Of a DNA stretch of 39,707 nt, positions 31,633-39,707 are shown piece after piece. Source of the DNA: a virus; the UHGV virus genome UHGV-0130034; one strand, written 5' to 3'. The position numbers and the translations under genes are program-made. The notes beneath the pieces are model-generated. The model ran no database searches. It was not told where the DNA came from and was given only the letters and a program-made list of their open reading frames with translations. Position 1 is the first letter of the stretch. Each line of letters opens with the position of its first letter.

Positions 31633-31711
31633 AGGTGTTCGCGTATTTTTAAATGCGGCAAAGACTGAAGTATTAAATCAGCGTTATTTCCTTGGGCCAT
31701 GTCCATTCTGA
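31541..31711 (+). CDS. Arf-like small protein (56 aa) directly upstream of erf
   Basis: Strong SD GAAGGAG 6 nt upstream; position corresponds to P22 arf. Confidence 0.5.
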   Translation: MSLATTVKESKLQRRMYTQQALMYRQKGDREGVRVFLNAAKTEVLNQRYFLGPCPF

Positions 31712-31721
31712 GAACAAACAT

Positions 31722-32327
31722 ATGAGCAAAGAATTTTACGCAAGACTGGCAGCTATTCAGGAGAATCTGAACGCGCCAAAGAATCAGTACAACTCATTCG
31801 GCAAATATAAATACAGAAGCTGCGAAGACATTCTTGAAGGCGTTAAGCCGTTACTGAATGGTCTGTTTTTATCAATCAGCGATGAAGTTGTGTTGATTGG
31901 TGATCGGTATTACGTGAAAGCCACGGCAACTATTACCGATGGCGAAAACAGTCATACGGCAACCGCTCTTGCACGAGAGGAAGAAAGCAAGAAAGGAATG
32001 GATTCTGCACAAGTTACGGGAGCTACAAGCTCTTATGCACGCAAATATTGCCTCAATGGTTTGTTCGGCATTGATGATGCGAAAGATGCAGATACAGACG
32101 AGCATAAACATCAGCAGAACGCAGCAGCAAAGCAGTCAAAACCATCACCTACACCTGAACAGGTTCTAAAAGCATTCACTGACGCAGCATTGCAGAAAAA
32201 CACCGTGGAAGAGCTTAAACAGGCGTTCGCCAAAGCGTGGAAGATGCTCGAAGGCACACCGGAGCAGCACAAAGCGCAGGACGTTTACAACATCAGACGA
32301 GACGAATTAGAAGGAGCGGCTGCTTAA
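31722..32327 (+). CDS. erf: Erf single-strand annealing recombinase (start at MSKEFYARL)
   Basis: MSKEFYARLA.IQE.LNAPKNQYNSFGKYKYRSCEDILEGVKPLL.GLFLSISDE.VLIGDRYYVKATATITDGENSH matches recalled P22 Erf. Confidence 0.9.
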   Translation: MSKEFYARLAAIQENLNAPKNQYNSFGKYKYRSCEDILEGVKPLLNGLFLSISDEVVLIGDRYYVKATATITDGENSHTATALAREEESKKGMDSAQVTGATSSYARKYCLNGLFGIDDAKDADTDEHKHQQNAAAKQSKPSPTPEQVLKAFTDAALQKNTVEELKQAFAKAWKMLEGTPEQHKAQDVYNIRRDELEGAAA

Positions 32328-32710
32328 TGGCACATTCGATTACTGTAAGACTAAACAAGCCCGCAAGAGAGTTTCAGGCCGGGGAAAATATCGGATTCAA
32401 CATCCGTGCTGGCGTTCAGTATTACGATCGCCAGACAAAAAAGAAAGAATGGACAAACTACAGCGCCGTTGTATTTGCCAAGCAGGGATCGCAAGCGGAT
32501 TACTACCGTAGTGTTCTTGTTGAAGGTGGCATTGTGGAAATTACCGGAGAAAACATCAGGGTTGATGTTTATCAGGGGCAAAATGGTCAATCAATCACTC
32601 TTGAATTACTGAATGCAAAGATTGGATTTGCAACTTCAGGAAACAGCCAACAGCAACAAAGTAGCAATCATCAAAATCATCCTGAATACGACGATTCAAT
32701 TCCCTTCTAA
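32327..32710 (+). CDS. SSB-like protein with C-terminal acidic tail ending DDSIPF
   Basis: 127 aa; Gln-rich linker then EYDDSIPF, resembling the bacterial SSB C-terminal tip (DDDIPF); GGAG RBS; TAATG coupling with erf. Confidence 0.65.
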   Translation: MAHSITVRLNKPAREFQAGENIGFNIRAGVQYYDRQTKKKEWTNYSAVVFAKQGSQADYYRSVLVEGGIVEITGENIRVDVYQGQNGQSITLELLNAKIGFATSGNSQQQQSSNHQNHPEYDDSIPF

Positions 32711-32733
32711 ATTAGCAACATAAGGATTCCATT

Positions 32734-33030
32734 ATGCCTGCGCCTCTGTATGGTGCGGATGACCCGCGCCGCTGTTCCGGCAATTCCGTATCGGAGGTGC
32801 TGGATAAATTCAGAAAAAACTACGACCTGATAATGTCTCTACCGCAGGAAACGAAAGAGGAAAAGGAATTTCGCCACTGTATATGGCTTGCAGAGAAAGA
32901 AGAACGCGAGCGAATTTACCAGACATCAATCCGACCATTCCGCAAAGCCACATATACCCACTTCCCTGAATATATCGACCCGCGCCTGCGTAATTACCGC
33001 TCACGCTATGGCGCTATCAGTAATGACTGA
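32734..33030 (+). CDS. Hypothetical protein (98 aa) in the abc-gene position (possible anti-RecBCD Abc-like)
   Basis: Position after erf/ssb as P22 abc genes; sequence not confidently recognised. Confidence 0.5.
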   Translation: MPAPLYGADDPRRCSGNSVSEVLDKFRKNYDLIMSLPQETKEEKEFRHCIWLAEKEERERIYQTSIRPFRKATYTHFPEYIDPRLRNYRSRYGAISND

Positions 33031-33040
33031 GGAATTAACA

Positions 33041-33331
33041 ATGAAAACAATGAAGCTAAACATCGACCTCGGAAAATACGTTATTACCGGAACCAAACAC
33101 GATCTGATTCTTAGCGAAAGAGGAATTATCAAAGAAGGCGAGAATGCAGGGAAAGAAACACTAAGCCGTATCGGTTATTACAGCAAGTTTGAGCATCTGG
33201 TTAAAGAATTATGCAACCGTGAAATCCTGTTATCTCAGGCGCGGACGCTACAGGATATTCAGCAGCATATCGAAGCTTTAGGTATGTCACTTAGCATGGC
33301 TATTGACCAGTTCGTGGAGAGTAAATCATGA
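33041..33331 (+). CDS. Hypothetical protein (96 aa)
   Basis: GAGG RBS; start at [13 protein letters not shown]; coupled operon. Confidence 0.6.
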   Translation: MKTMKLNIDLGKYVITGTKHDLILSERGIIKEGENAGKETLSRIGYYSKFEHLVKELCNREILLSQARTLQDIQQHIEALGMSLSMAIDQFVESKS

Positions 33332-33492
33332 GAGGACTTGCATACAATCCCGGCATTCTTCCGGCAGAAATGATTATTCGCCAACGCGTAAAGCCAATGC
33401 CATCGAGAGAGGAATTACTTAAGAGAAATAGTTTCGGTTCTGTTAATGACAACAAATATCTGAATGCGATGTTGCGGAGTGGGAAGAAATGA
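33328..33492 (+). CDS. Hypothetical small protein (54 aa; absent from the ORF track)
   Basis: ATGA overlap with upstream and downstream genes; GGAGAG upstream; encodes [54 protein letters not shown]. Confidence 0.45.
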   Translation: MRGLAYNPGILPAEMIIRQRVKPMPSREELLKRNSFGSVNDNKYLNAMLRSGKK

Positions 33493-34070
33493 AACAAATG
33501 ACACTAATTGAGATGGATGGATTTCTGAAAGGTAAATGCATCCCCCGAGATTTAAAGGTTAACGAAACAAACGCTGAATATCTGGTGCGTAAGTTCGGTG
33601 AACTTGAATCAAAACTGGAAACGGCGTTGCGGGAGTGCCGTTCTGCTGGAATCACGATTGATAACCTTGAGGCCAAGTACGCGGCACTGGCAGCGGAGAA
33701 TGCGGGGCTGAAGTCTGGCGCTATGGACGAAATCAAGGTTATCAACCGTGGAGGGCAGGCATATTGCGTAAAAGATGGAGTGCAAGTTAATCCCATGTAT
33801 GCAAGAGGGTGGAATGACTATCGCGCAAAGTCTCTGCAATCAGACACCCCCGCCACCGACGCTTTCCTGGCTGAAGTACGAGCGCAGGGGGTGGATGCTG
33901 CTATAGAAGCTGCAAAAAATCTGGTGGCCCAAGAATATGAGTATAAGGATTTCAAAGCGGCGCAGAGTGATTGCTGTATGCGCCCTGGTTCAGACCTGGT
34001 AGGGAAGGTTGAAATGACTGAGTGGTTAGTTGACTTTGCTGCCCAGCTTCGCAAAGGAGGCAACCAGTGA
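33489..34070 (+). CDS. Hypothetical protein (193 aa)
   Basis: Coupled ORF; predicted coiled-coil region. Confidence 0.6.
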   Translation: MKQMTLIEMDGFLKGKCIPRDLKVNETNAEYLVRKFGELESKLETALRECRSAGITIDNLEAKYAALAAENAGLKSGAMDEIKVINRGGQAYCVKDGVQVNPMYARGWNDYRAKSLQSDTPATDAFLAEVRAQGVDAAIEAAKNLVAQEYEYKDFKAAQSDCCMRPGSDLVGKVEMTEWLVDFAAQLRKGGNQ

Positions 34071-34711
34071 GTAACCGTTTTTACATGATGTGCTTGCGTG
34101 AAACTGTGGGTAATAACGCTTCATTCCATTGCCATAACGGCAATGGTTACAGTTCTGATATCGATCGCGCTCATGTTTACACGCTGGAAGAAGCCCAAAA
34201 AGCCTGGAATTGTGGTCGAGATATCGATCAGCCTGTTTGCGCTGATAGCGTGGATGCAATGGCTGTGTGGCACGTTGATTGCCAGTACATCCCTACAGAA
34301 AGCCTGATTGAGTCAGATTGCACTGCGTATGTGGCCTACAAAAAAGGTAGCTGGAACGGCAACGATGTTTACTGGCTTCAACACGGTGGATTGCCAACAG
34401 ATGACTTCAGTAAAGCAACCATCTTTAGCGTCGCCAACAAAAACGAACCAGGAATAGTTTGGTTGCCATTTTCCATTGCTGATGCAGCAAAGCGGCGGAC
34501 GTTCAATATCAATAATTTCAACCGCAGAACAATGGTTCAGATCGCAGGTTTAGTCATGCCTGACTGGTTGAAAAAGCAAAACAGAAGAAAGAAGTCACGA
34601 AGCGGGAAGGTGCGCTGGAATTGTCCGCATTGCGGAAAAATCACCTGGCAGTATAACCCATATGATTTTGAAGGCTGTTGTGATTACAACTGTGAGGGAT
34701 GGCGAGAATGA
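34067..34711 (+). CDS. Hypothetical protein with C-terminal Cys-rich zinc-finger-like motif (214 aa)
   Basis: CPHCG...CCDYNC cluster at the C-terminus; coupled ORF. Confidence 0.6.
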   Translation: MSNRFYMMCLRETVGNNASFHCHNGNGYSSDIDRAHVYTLEEAQKAWNCGRDIDQPVCADSVDAMAVWHVDCQYIPTESLIESDCTAYVAYKKGSWNGNDVYWLQHGGLPTDDFSKATIFSVANKNEPGIVWLPFSIADAAKRRTFNINNFNRRTMVQIAGLVMPDWLKKQNRRKKSRSGKVRWNCPHCGKITWQYNPYDFEGCCDYNCEGWRE

Positions 34712-35655
34712 AAATTGACTATCAGGCACTGCGTGAAAAGGCAGAGAAAGCAACGTGTGGTGTGTGGTCGCTCGAATATGGAGAGGGCCGATTTGATGGT
34801 GATGATGCACTAATTCATCGCGAGGCTGCTGGATATATTCCCATTTGCAGAATTGAAGGAGCGCATCCAGAAAGCGGTTTCGATGAAGATTTCCAAATGG
34901 AACAGCAGGCCAATGCTGAATTCATCGCCGCAGCCAGTCCAGCTACTGTGCTGGCACTGCTGGATGAACGGGAAAGAAACCAGCAATACATCAAACGCCG
35001 CGACCAGGAGAACGAGGAGATTGCGCTAACGGTAGGGAAGCTGAGAGTTGAGCTTGAGGAAGCAAAATCAAAACTCAACGAGCAGCGTGAGTATTACGAA
35101 GGTGTTATCTCGGATGGAAGTAAGTGCATAGCAGAACTGGAAAAACAATGCGCTGAATGGGAGCGAAAAGCATTAAGCAACTTTGAAGAGTGTGCTGCGA
35201 TGGCTGAACGCATCGAAGAGTTGCAGACAAAATCTGCACCAGATTCGTTTGGCATCATCGGTGAAAATATTCGAACACAGGATAATCGAATAACGTCAGA
35301 CCCTATGTTTTGTGTGTATCAAAAGCGCGAAATCGTTGTTGATGCTGATTATGACTATGACCGGATTGTCTGGGTTGATGAAGATGGTAATGAAGCCAAT
35401 AAACGCCAAAGTCGTCGTCTCGAACTACTTCACGAAAACTTTCGAGAGCCACCAGAAAAATGGCGGCGCGTTGCTGTGAAAGATATTGATGAATTCGTTA
35501 CCTGCTGTTTCACCGAACAGGGTTGTAAAGACTACCTGGCAGCCAATGGTCACAATCTTCGCTTGCCATTTATATATGTAAAAAGCGGTTTCAGGAACGC
35601 TGAATATATCGGCATCAGAAACTGGCTTGCTGGCATTCGCATCAAAGGAGAGTGA
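34699..35655 (+). CDS. Hypothetical protein with central coiled coil (about 316 aa; start 34699 or 34708)
   Basis: ATGA overlap with upstream gene at 34708; heptad-rich region LEEAKSKLNEQREYYEG. Confidence 0.6.
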   Translation: MARMKIDYQALREKAEKATCGVWSLEYGEGRFDGDDALIHREAAGYIPICRIEGAHPESGFDEDFQMEQQANAEFIAAASPATVLALLDERERNQQYIKRRDQENEEIALTVGKLRVELEEAKSKLNEQREYYEGVISDGSKCIAELEKQCAEWERKALSNFEECAAMAERIEELQTKSAPDSFGIIGENIRTQDNRITSDPMFCVYQKREIVVDADYDYDRIVWVDEDGNEANKRQSRRLELLHENFREPPEKWRRVAVKDIDEFVTCCFTEQGCKDYLAANGHNLRLPFIYVKSGFRNAEYIGIRNWLAGIRIKGE

Positions 35656-35656
35656 T

Positions 35657-35866
35657 ATGGCTATCGCTGCAAGTTACACCATGCATCTCTATTGTGACTG
35701 CCTCCAGTGTACAGATGGCAAATATAAGTCGCCAGACTTCGGTGAGTATATCGGTACGTCATGGACTGGCTGTGCAAAAGAGGCCCGTAAAGACGGGTGG
35801 CGAATAAGTAAAGACAAAACGCGTGCTTTTGCGCCCGGGCATAAAGTTTTGAGGGTTAACAAATGA
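35657..35866 (+). CDS. Hypothetical Cys-rich small protein (69 aa)
   Basis: AAAGGAG RBS; CDCLQC motif. Confidence 0.55.
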   Translation: MAIAASYTMHLYCDCLQCTDGKYKSPDFGEYIGTSWTGCAKEARKDGWRISKDKTRAFAPGHKVLRVNK

Positions 35867-37212
35867 CCACTATTACCAGAGAACAAGCTCTGAAAATTAT
35901 TGAGGCAGCCGATGAGGTTATTAGTGCGCTTGCCGGAACTAACGAGGATGTTCACCCTGGTAGCGATAACATGCTACGCCTGTGGGATGACCTGAATGAC
36001 CGTTACGCTCCCCCGGAAGTAGTGCGTGAGCTGGCACGAATTGCTCTGGCATCGCTGGAAGCAAAACCAATAGGTGCATTCCACATTGCAGAACAGCAAG
36101 TTGACGGCACAAGTGACTACCTCAAGGATGGAGAATGGCCTATTGATAATGGAATTATTGAGGTCTACGCCGCTCCCCCCGTTCCAGTAGTACCTGAAGA
36201 AAAACCAATGCCTAACGCTCTAAGCATGCTTGAAAGAGAGATCACACAACTGATTGGTGATGCGCAGGAAGCCACTGTTACTGGCTATGAGTTAATCGCT
36301 GAAGCTTGGCGTTTGATGGATGGACAAGACCCTAAAACCAGCGATTGGCATAGCAAGGCTTCGAAGTATTTAAATTCCAATATTGTAGAAAAAGTTTATG
36401 ATGACCGTATTGAGGCTGTTAAGGCTGTTTTGCGTAGACTGGCTGGCAACTCTCCGGTAATTCCAGGTGAGGTGCTGTCAGCAATTATGAAGGTTGCCAG
36501 GGTTCGTGCCGATTTCGATGATTTTGACGGTGACAGGCGAGGTATCGGTGATTGTCTGGATGAGGCTGAGCAAGAGCTTATCGTTACCATTAACAAATAT
36601 GCCAGTCAGTTGGCAGCAGAACCGATAGCGACTAATGACGTTCGAGAGCAGCAGACAGCCGTTCCGCCAGTTCCGGAAATACAGGCTGATGTCGCGCAAG
36701 CAATTGAAAATCTCAAGCAGAAGTTAGTGGAATGCAATCGCTATAACTACTGCGCAGATGCAGTTAAGGGCGTAGAGGATGCCTGCCACGCTGCCATGCT
36801 TCAGGGTATCCAACCTGTAAGCCAAACTTACAACTTGCCAGAATTAATCGAAGGGATGGAAGTTTCCATTGATGTAAGCACTTGTGATGCTGATTTAGGT
36901 AATCGCTATTTCGGCACCGTCACCGAGGCGTTAGAACTTGATACAGCCAAGAATGGTTACATCCTCCTGGTTCAGGACGCAGAGCCAAACTTCGATGTAA
37001 ATAGCAACTCTCCGGTAACTCCGGATGGTTGGATAAGCTGTAGTGAGCGAATGCCAAACGAAGAAGATGTTTTGGTTTATTGTTCAGACACAAAAGAGCA
37101 GATGGTAGGGTTTCACAAAGGTAAAGGGTTATTTCAATTCTTTTACATGAACGGTGTTGAGGGGGTATGTGAGCCGTCACACTGGATGCCGCTACCAGAG
37201 CCTCCACTTTGA
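35863..37212 (+). CDS. Hypothetical protein with DUF551-like C-terminus (449 aa)
   Basis: C-terminal ...HWMPLPEPP, as recalled for DUF551 proteins of lambdoid early regions. Confidence 0.6.
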   Translation: MTTITREQALKIIEAADEVISALAGTNEDVHPGSDNMLRLWDDLNDRYAPPEVVRELARIALASLEAKPIGAFHIAEQQVDGTSDYLKDGEWPIDNGIIEVYAAPPVPVVPEEKPMPNALSMLEREITQLIGDAQEATVTGYELIAEAWRLMDGQDPKTSDWHSKASKYLNSNIVEKVYDDRIEAVKAVLRRLAGNSPVIPGEVLSAIMKVARVRADFDDFDGDRRGIGDCLDEAEQELIVTINKYASQLAAEPIATNDVREQQTAVPPVPEIQADVAQAIENLKQKLVECNRYNYCADAVKGVEDACHAAMLQGIQPVSQTYNLPELIEGMEVSIDVSTCDADLGNRYFGTVTEALELDTAKNGYILLVQDAEPNFDVNSNSPVTPDGWISCSERMPNEEDVLVYCSDTKEQMVGFHKGKGLFQFFYMNGVEGVCEPSHWMPLPEPPL

Positions 37213-37308
37213 AAGCGAAGCTTATACATATCTTTTACATCAGCAATCTATTGTTAATCTCCAATCAATGTTACGTTGTCATCTCACTCATGCTTTGGAG
37301 GTAGTGAT

Positions 37309-37488
37309 ATGTCTTGTCCAAAATGCGGTTCTGGAAATATTGCAAAAGAAAAAACAATGCGTGGATGGTCTGGAGATTATGTGTGCTGCGATTGCGGATA
37401 CAACGACTCTAAAGACGCATTTGGTGAGCGTGGTAAAAACGAGTTTGTTAAAATTAATAAAGAAAGCGAAGGCAACGAAAAAAGCTAA
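37309..37488 (+). CDS. Small zinc-ribbon protein (59 aa)
   Basis: GGAGG RBS; CPKCG...CCDCG motif. Confidence 0.55.
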   Translation: MSCPKCGSGNIAKEKTMRGWSGDYVCCDCGYNDSKDAFGERGKNEFVKINKESEGNEKS

Positions 37489-37552
37489 TTTATTTATTCA
37501 TATATGAAAACAATGTAACCAATATTCGAATTGAAGAACTGAAAGAACACCA

Positions 37553-37576
37553 AACCGCCTGATGGCGGTTTTTTAT
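37553..37576 (+). terminator. Rho-independent terminator-like hairpin with T-run
   Basis: aaccgcc-tgat-ggcggtt followed by tttttt. Confidence 0.6.
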
Positions 37577-37588
37577 TGGAGACAAGAA

Positions 37589-37933
37589 ATGTCAGATTTG
37601 GCTATGAAGATTTTGAAATGGCAATCGACTGGCGATGTCGGCATCAGTAGCGCAACTCTTGCCTCAATCGCATGTGGACTGAAAAAGAATATCTATGGTC
37701 ATCACTTCGGCGCTCCACATGACGCAGCCGATTTCCGACGATGCGTTGCACTTGTTGAGCAGATTCCAGAAATCAGAGATTCATTCGACAAGGTTGCAAA
37801 GCGCGTTCCGGCATTCAAAGGCATCCTCAACGAATGGGATTCTCTCGCTGCTCTGTTGAACTCTGAAATGAAGATACACGGAAACAAAGCACCAGAGACT
37901 TACAGAAGAATCAGCGAGCTACGCAAGGACTAA
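37589..37933 (+). CDS. Hypothetical protein (114 aa)
   Basis: GGAGA RBS; start at MSDLAMKILKW. Confidence 0.55.
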   Translation: MSDLAMKILKWQSTGDVGISSATLASIACGLKKNIYGHHFGAPHDAADFRRCVALVEQIPEIRDSFDKVAKRVPAFKGILNEWDSLAALLNSEMKIHGNKAPETYRRISELRKD

Positions 37934-37934
37934 C

Positions 37935-37995
37935 GCCTCACACTCGATGAGGCCTGTACATATCTGATAGAGCCGCTATATGGCGGTTTCTTTTT
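37935..37995 (+). terminator. Tandem hairpins with T-run (terminator region upstream of xis)
   Basis: gcctc-acactcgat-gaggc then ccgc-tatatg-gcgg followed by tttctttttg. Confidence 0.55.
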
Positions 37996-38010
37996 GCCTG
38001 GAGAATTAAG

Positions 38011-38202
38011 ATGACCGATACCAGCCTGATTCCTGAGAAAGAAGTGATGAACAAGCTCGGTGTTTCATCACGTCAGACAATCTGGAACTATACCAAACGG
38101 CACGGATTTCCGAAGCCAGTCAGAACCCACCCCAAATCATACCTTCGTGAAGCTGTTGAAGGGTGGATTCTTAACGGTGGCGTTAATCAGAAATGCTCCT
38201 GA
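38011..38202 (+). CDS. xis: Excisionase / AlpA-family DNA-binding protein
   Basis: 63 aa; HTH-like LGVSSRQTIWNYTKRHGFPKPV typical of AlpA/Xis; GGAGA RBS; adjacent to int. Confidence 0.7.
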   Translation: MTDTSLIPEKEVMNKLGVSSRQTIWNYTKRHGFPKPVRTHPKSYLREAVEGWILNGGVNQKCS

Positions 38203-39361
38203 TGTGCCAGAACAATTTATCAGCGTGAAGCTCATACGCTTTGCGCTGAGCCTCTATCCAGTCGTGTTTATTGTACACGGACATTATCCCGCCAAGTTCA
38301 TGACCGAGCATTCTCTCAGTAACATGAGGCTCGACATTCATCTCGGACAGACGTGTAACAAGCGTTCTTCTGAAATCATGTGTTCGCCAGTAACCTATAT
38401 CCATCCCTCCCCTTATTCTATTTACGAATCGGTTGGCTGCAGCGATGCTGATCGGTTTGTTTATGTCTTCTCCAGGGAAAAGAACATCATTGTACGTTGT
38501 CATGGCCTTATCGAGGAAAGGCTTAATTTGTTCGAAGATTGGACGGCGGATAACATTACCCATCTTGCTATGCTCTTTCGGTACGGTCCATACGTTTTCC
38601 AGCAGGTCAAATTCTGTCTTTTTTGCCAGCCTAAGCTCTGAGAGCCTCGCCCCCCACAGCATAAGCATCTGATGAAGTAGCTTATTTGACGTAGACGCAC
38701 GGCTTCTTTCAATAGCAAGCCAAATCTTAGCCAGTTCGTGATACGACAGTACCCGATCCCCTACCTCAGCGCGGGAGCCGAAGTCCCTTGGTTGGATGCT
38801 CATAATTGCGCAACTATCTATCAACTGACGCCGCATGCACCAACTAATTGCTGATCTTAGTTGACTTAGCACCTGCCTTGCTCGGCGTGGATTATCTTTT
38901 TCTTCTTCGGTAAGCAGGTCAACCCATTGCTTAACCGTGATAGAAGATGCCGGACGATTAGGGAAGGCGTCATGCATGCGCTTCATAACCGTTGATCGGT
39001 AAAGTGCCTGGGTCTTTTCTCTGAGAGTTGTAGAGACGTAGTTGTCGAACCAGTAGTCGAGACACTGGGCAACCGTCATGGAGTTCTCCACCTTCTCTTC
39101 AAAATAAGTGCGTGGATCCGTTCCTGAGAAATAGAGCTTTCGTAAGTCAGCAGTGATCTGTCTGGCATCCTTCAAAGACAGGGATGGGTATCGACCAAGC
39201 CCAAGTCGATTAGGCTTGCCATGCCAGCGATAGCGGTACTGGAACTGGATGACCCCCTTCGGTGAAATTCGTACGCTGAGGCCATCGGCATCAGCCACTT
39301 CTTGTGGGCCCGAATATGGTTTACCATAAATAGTACGCAGTTTTGTGTCGCTTATAGCCAT
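38183..39361 (-). CDS. int: Tyrosine integrase (P4-like family; start at MAISDTKLRT)
   Basis: N-terminal arm-binding-like domain, HDFRRT (H-x-x-R) motif and C-terminal Tyr (MSVYNKHDW); adjacent to attR. Confidence 0.9.
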   Translation of the reverse strand: MAISDTKLRTIYGKPYSGPQEVADADGLSVRISPKGVIQFQYRYRWHGKPNRLGLGRYPSLSLKDARQITADLRKLYFSGTDPRTYFEEKVENSMTVAQCLDYWFDNYVSTTLREKTQALYRSTVMKRMHDAFPNRPASSITVKQWVDLLTEEEKDNPRRARQVLSQLRSAISWCMRRQLIDSCAIMSIQPRDFGSRAEVGDRVLSYHELAKIWLAIERSRASTSNKLLHQMLMLWGARLSELRLAKKTEFDLLENVWTVPKEHSKMGNVIRRPIFEQIKPFLDKAMTTYNDVLFPGEDINKPISIAAANRFVNRIRGGMDIGYWRTHDFRRTLVTRLSEMNVEPHVTERMLGHELGGIMSVYNKHDWIEAQRKAYELHADKLFWHIRSISD

Positions 39362-39369
39362 AAATAATA

Positions 39370-39413
39370 TTTGGTACGCTAAGAAATAATGGTTTGGTAC
39401 ACATCTGGTACAC
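39370..39413. repeat. Putative integrase arm-type sites between the int start and attR core (three copies)
   Basis: tttggtacgc (39370-39379), tttggtacac (39393-39402), tctggtacac (39405-39413); same decamer as at 110-131. Confidence 0.55.
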
Positions 39414-39542
39414 AATATCACATGGACAACAGCGCACAGTAAACAACTATATTTGACGTTCGTAGACATACTCAGGTGAAAAAATGGTTGTTTTTCGAGT
39501 TATAACAGACAGTTAATTAACTACAGTGGACAATGCTAGACA

Positions 39543-39707
39543 ATGACAGACACAGATAAACAACCTACCTTCCTCTTTCACGATTACGAAACCTTTGGAA
39601 CGCACCCCGCGTTAGATCGCCCTGCACAGTTCGCAGCCATTCGCACTGATAACGAATTCAATGTCATCGGCGAACCCGAAGTCTTTTACTGCAAGCCCGC
39701 GGATGAC
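39543..39707 (+). CDS. sbcB: Exonuclease I (sbcB), 5' partial: hybrid gene whose first ~11 codons are phage-derived (MTDTDKQPTFLFHDYETFGTHPALDRP...); continues past the window end
   Basis: In-frame ATG at 39543 inside phage DNA reads through the att core into host sbcB (FHDYETFGTHPALDRPAQFAAIRTD...). Confidence 0.8.
   Translation, partial: MTDTDKQPTFLFHDYETFGTHPALDRPAQFAAIRTDNEFNVIGEPEVFYCKPADD
39565..39588. repeat. attR core
   Basis: ctaccttcctctttcacgattacg, 21/24 identical to 32-55. Confidence 0.8.

Larger units (their letters stand above)
32..39588. mobile_element. Complete integrated P22-like/lambdoid mosaic prophage (podovirus-type virion module) bounded by imperfect 24-bp direct repeats
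   Basis: Host sbcB sequence at both window ends; direct repeats 32-55 and 39565-39588 (21/24 identical, 13-bp perfect core tttcacgattacg); full set of phage modules between them. Confidence 0.9.

Noticed and set aside
33443-33796. Minus-strand ORFs (33300-33497, 33443-33796, 33609-33839, 33818-34063, 34026-34259) in the early-left operon
   Set aside because: Antisense to a tightly coupled plus-strand operon; no RBS
38060-38641. 193-aa plus-strand ORF
   Set aside because: Antisense to the integrase gene
1-39707. CRISPR arrays, rRNA genes, insertion sequences
   Set aside because: No spaced direct-repeat arrays, rRNA-like sequence or transposase with terminal inverted repeats were seen; the only iterated repeats are the ori iterons and the integrase arm sites

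Overview
The window holds one complete ~39.5 kb mosaic prophage inserted in the 5' coding region of host sbcB (exonuclease I); both att junctions lie inside the window (core repeat at 32-55 and 39565-39588). Calls rest on recalled protein similarity and motifs read directly from the sequence; no database search was run. The virion module on the minus strand is P22-like (terminase gp3/gp2, portal, scaffold, coat, gp4, gp10, tail needle gp26, gp14, ejection proteins gp7/gp20/gp16, tailspike gp9), followed by a P22-type immI region (mnt, arc, ant with intact Omnt/Oarc operators). Lysis (S, R, Rz/Rz1), the nin region (ninB/E/F/G/H/I), N with nutL/nutR, cII and the C-terminal domain of CI are lambda-like. 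Cro, the CI N-terminal domain and the operators are of a different immunity type. Replication uses a lambda-O-like initiator with in-gene iterons plus a single-chain primase-helicase. The early-left operon carries cIII-like, kil-like, arf-like, erf, an SSB-like protein, about nine coupled ORFs of unknown function, and an AlpA-type xis that converges on a P4-like tyrosine integrase. The most unusual items are an HslV/proteasome-beta-like peptidase gene between the lysis cassette and the terminase, a lipoprotein plus divergent small membrane protein pair beside immI, an orphan Dam methyltransferase in the nin region, a degenerate tRNA-like element between Q and S, and an in-frame phage-encoded replacement of the sbcB N-terminus at attR.
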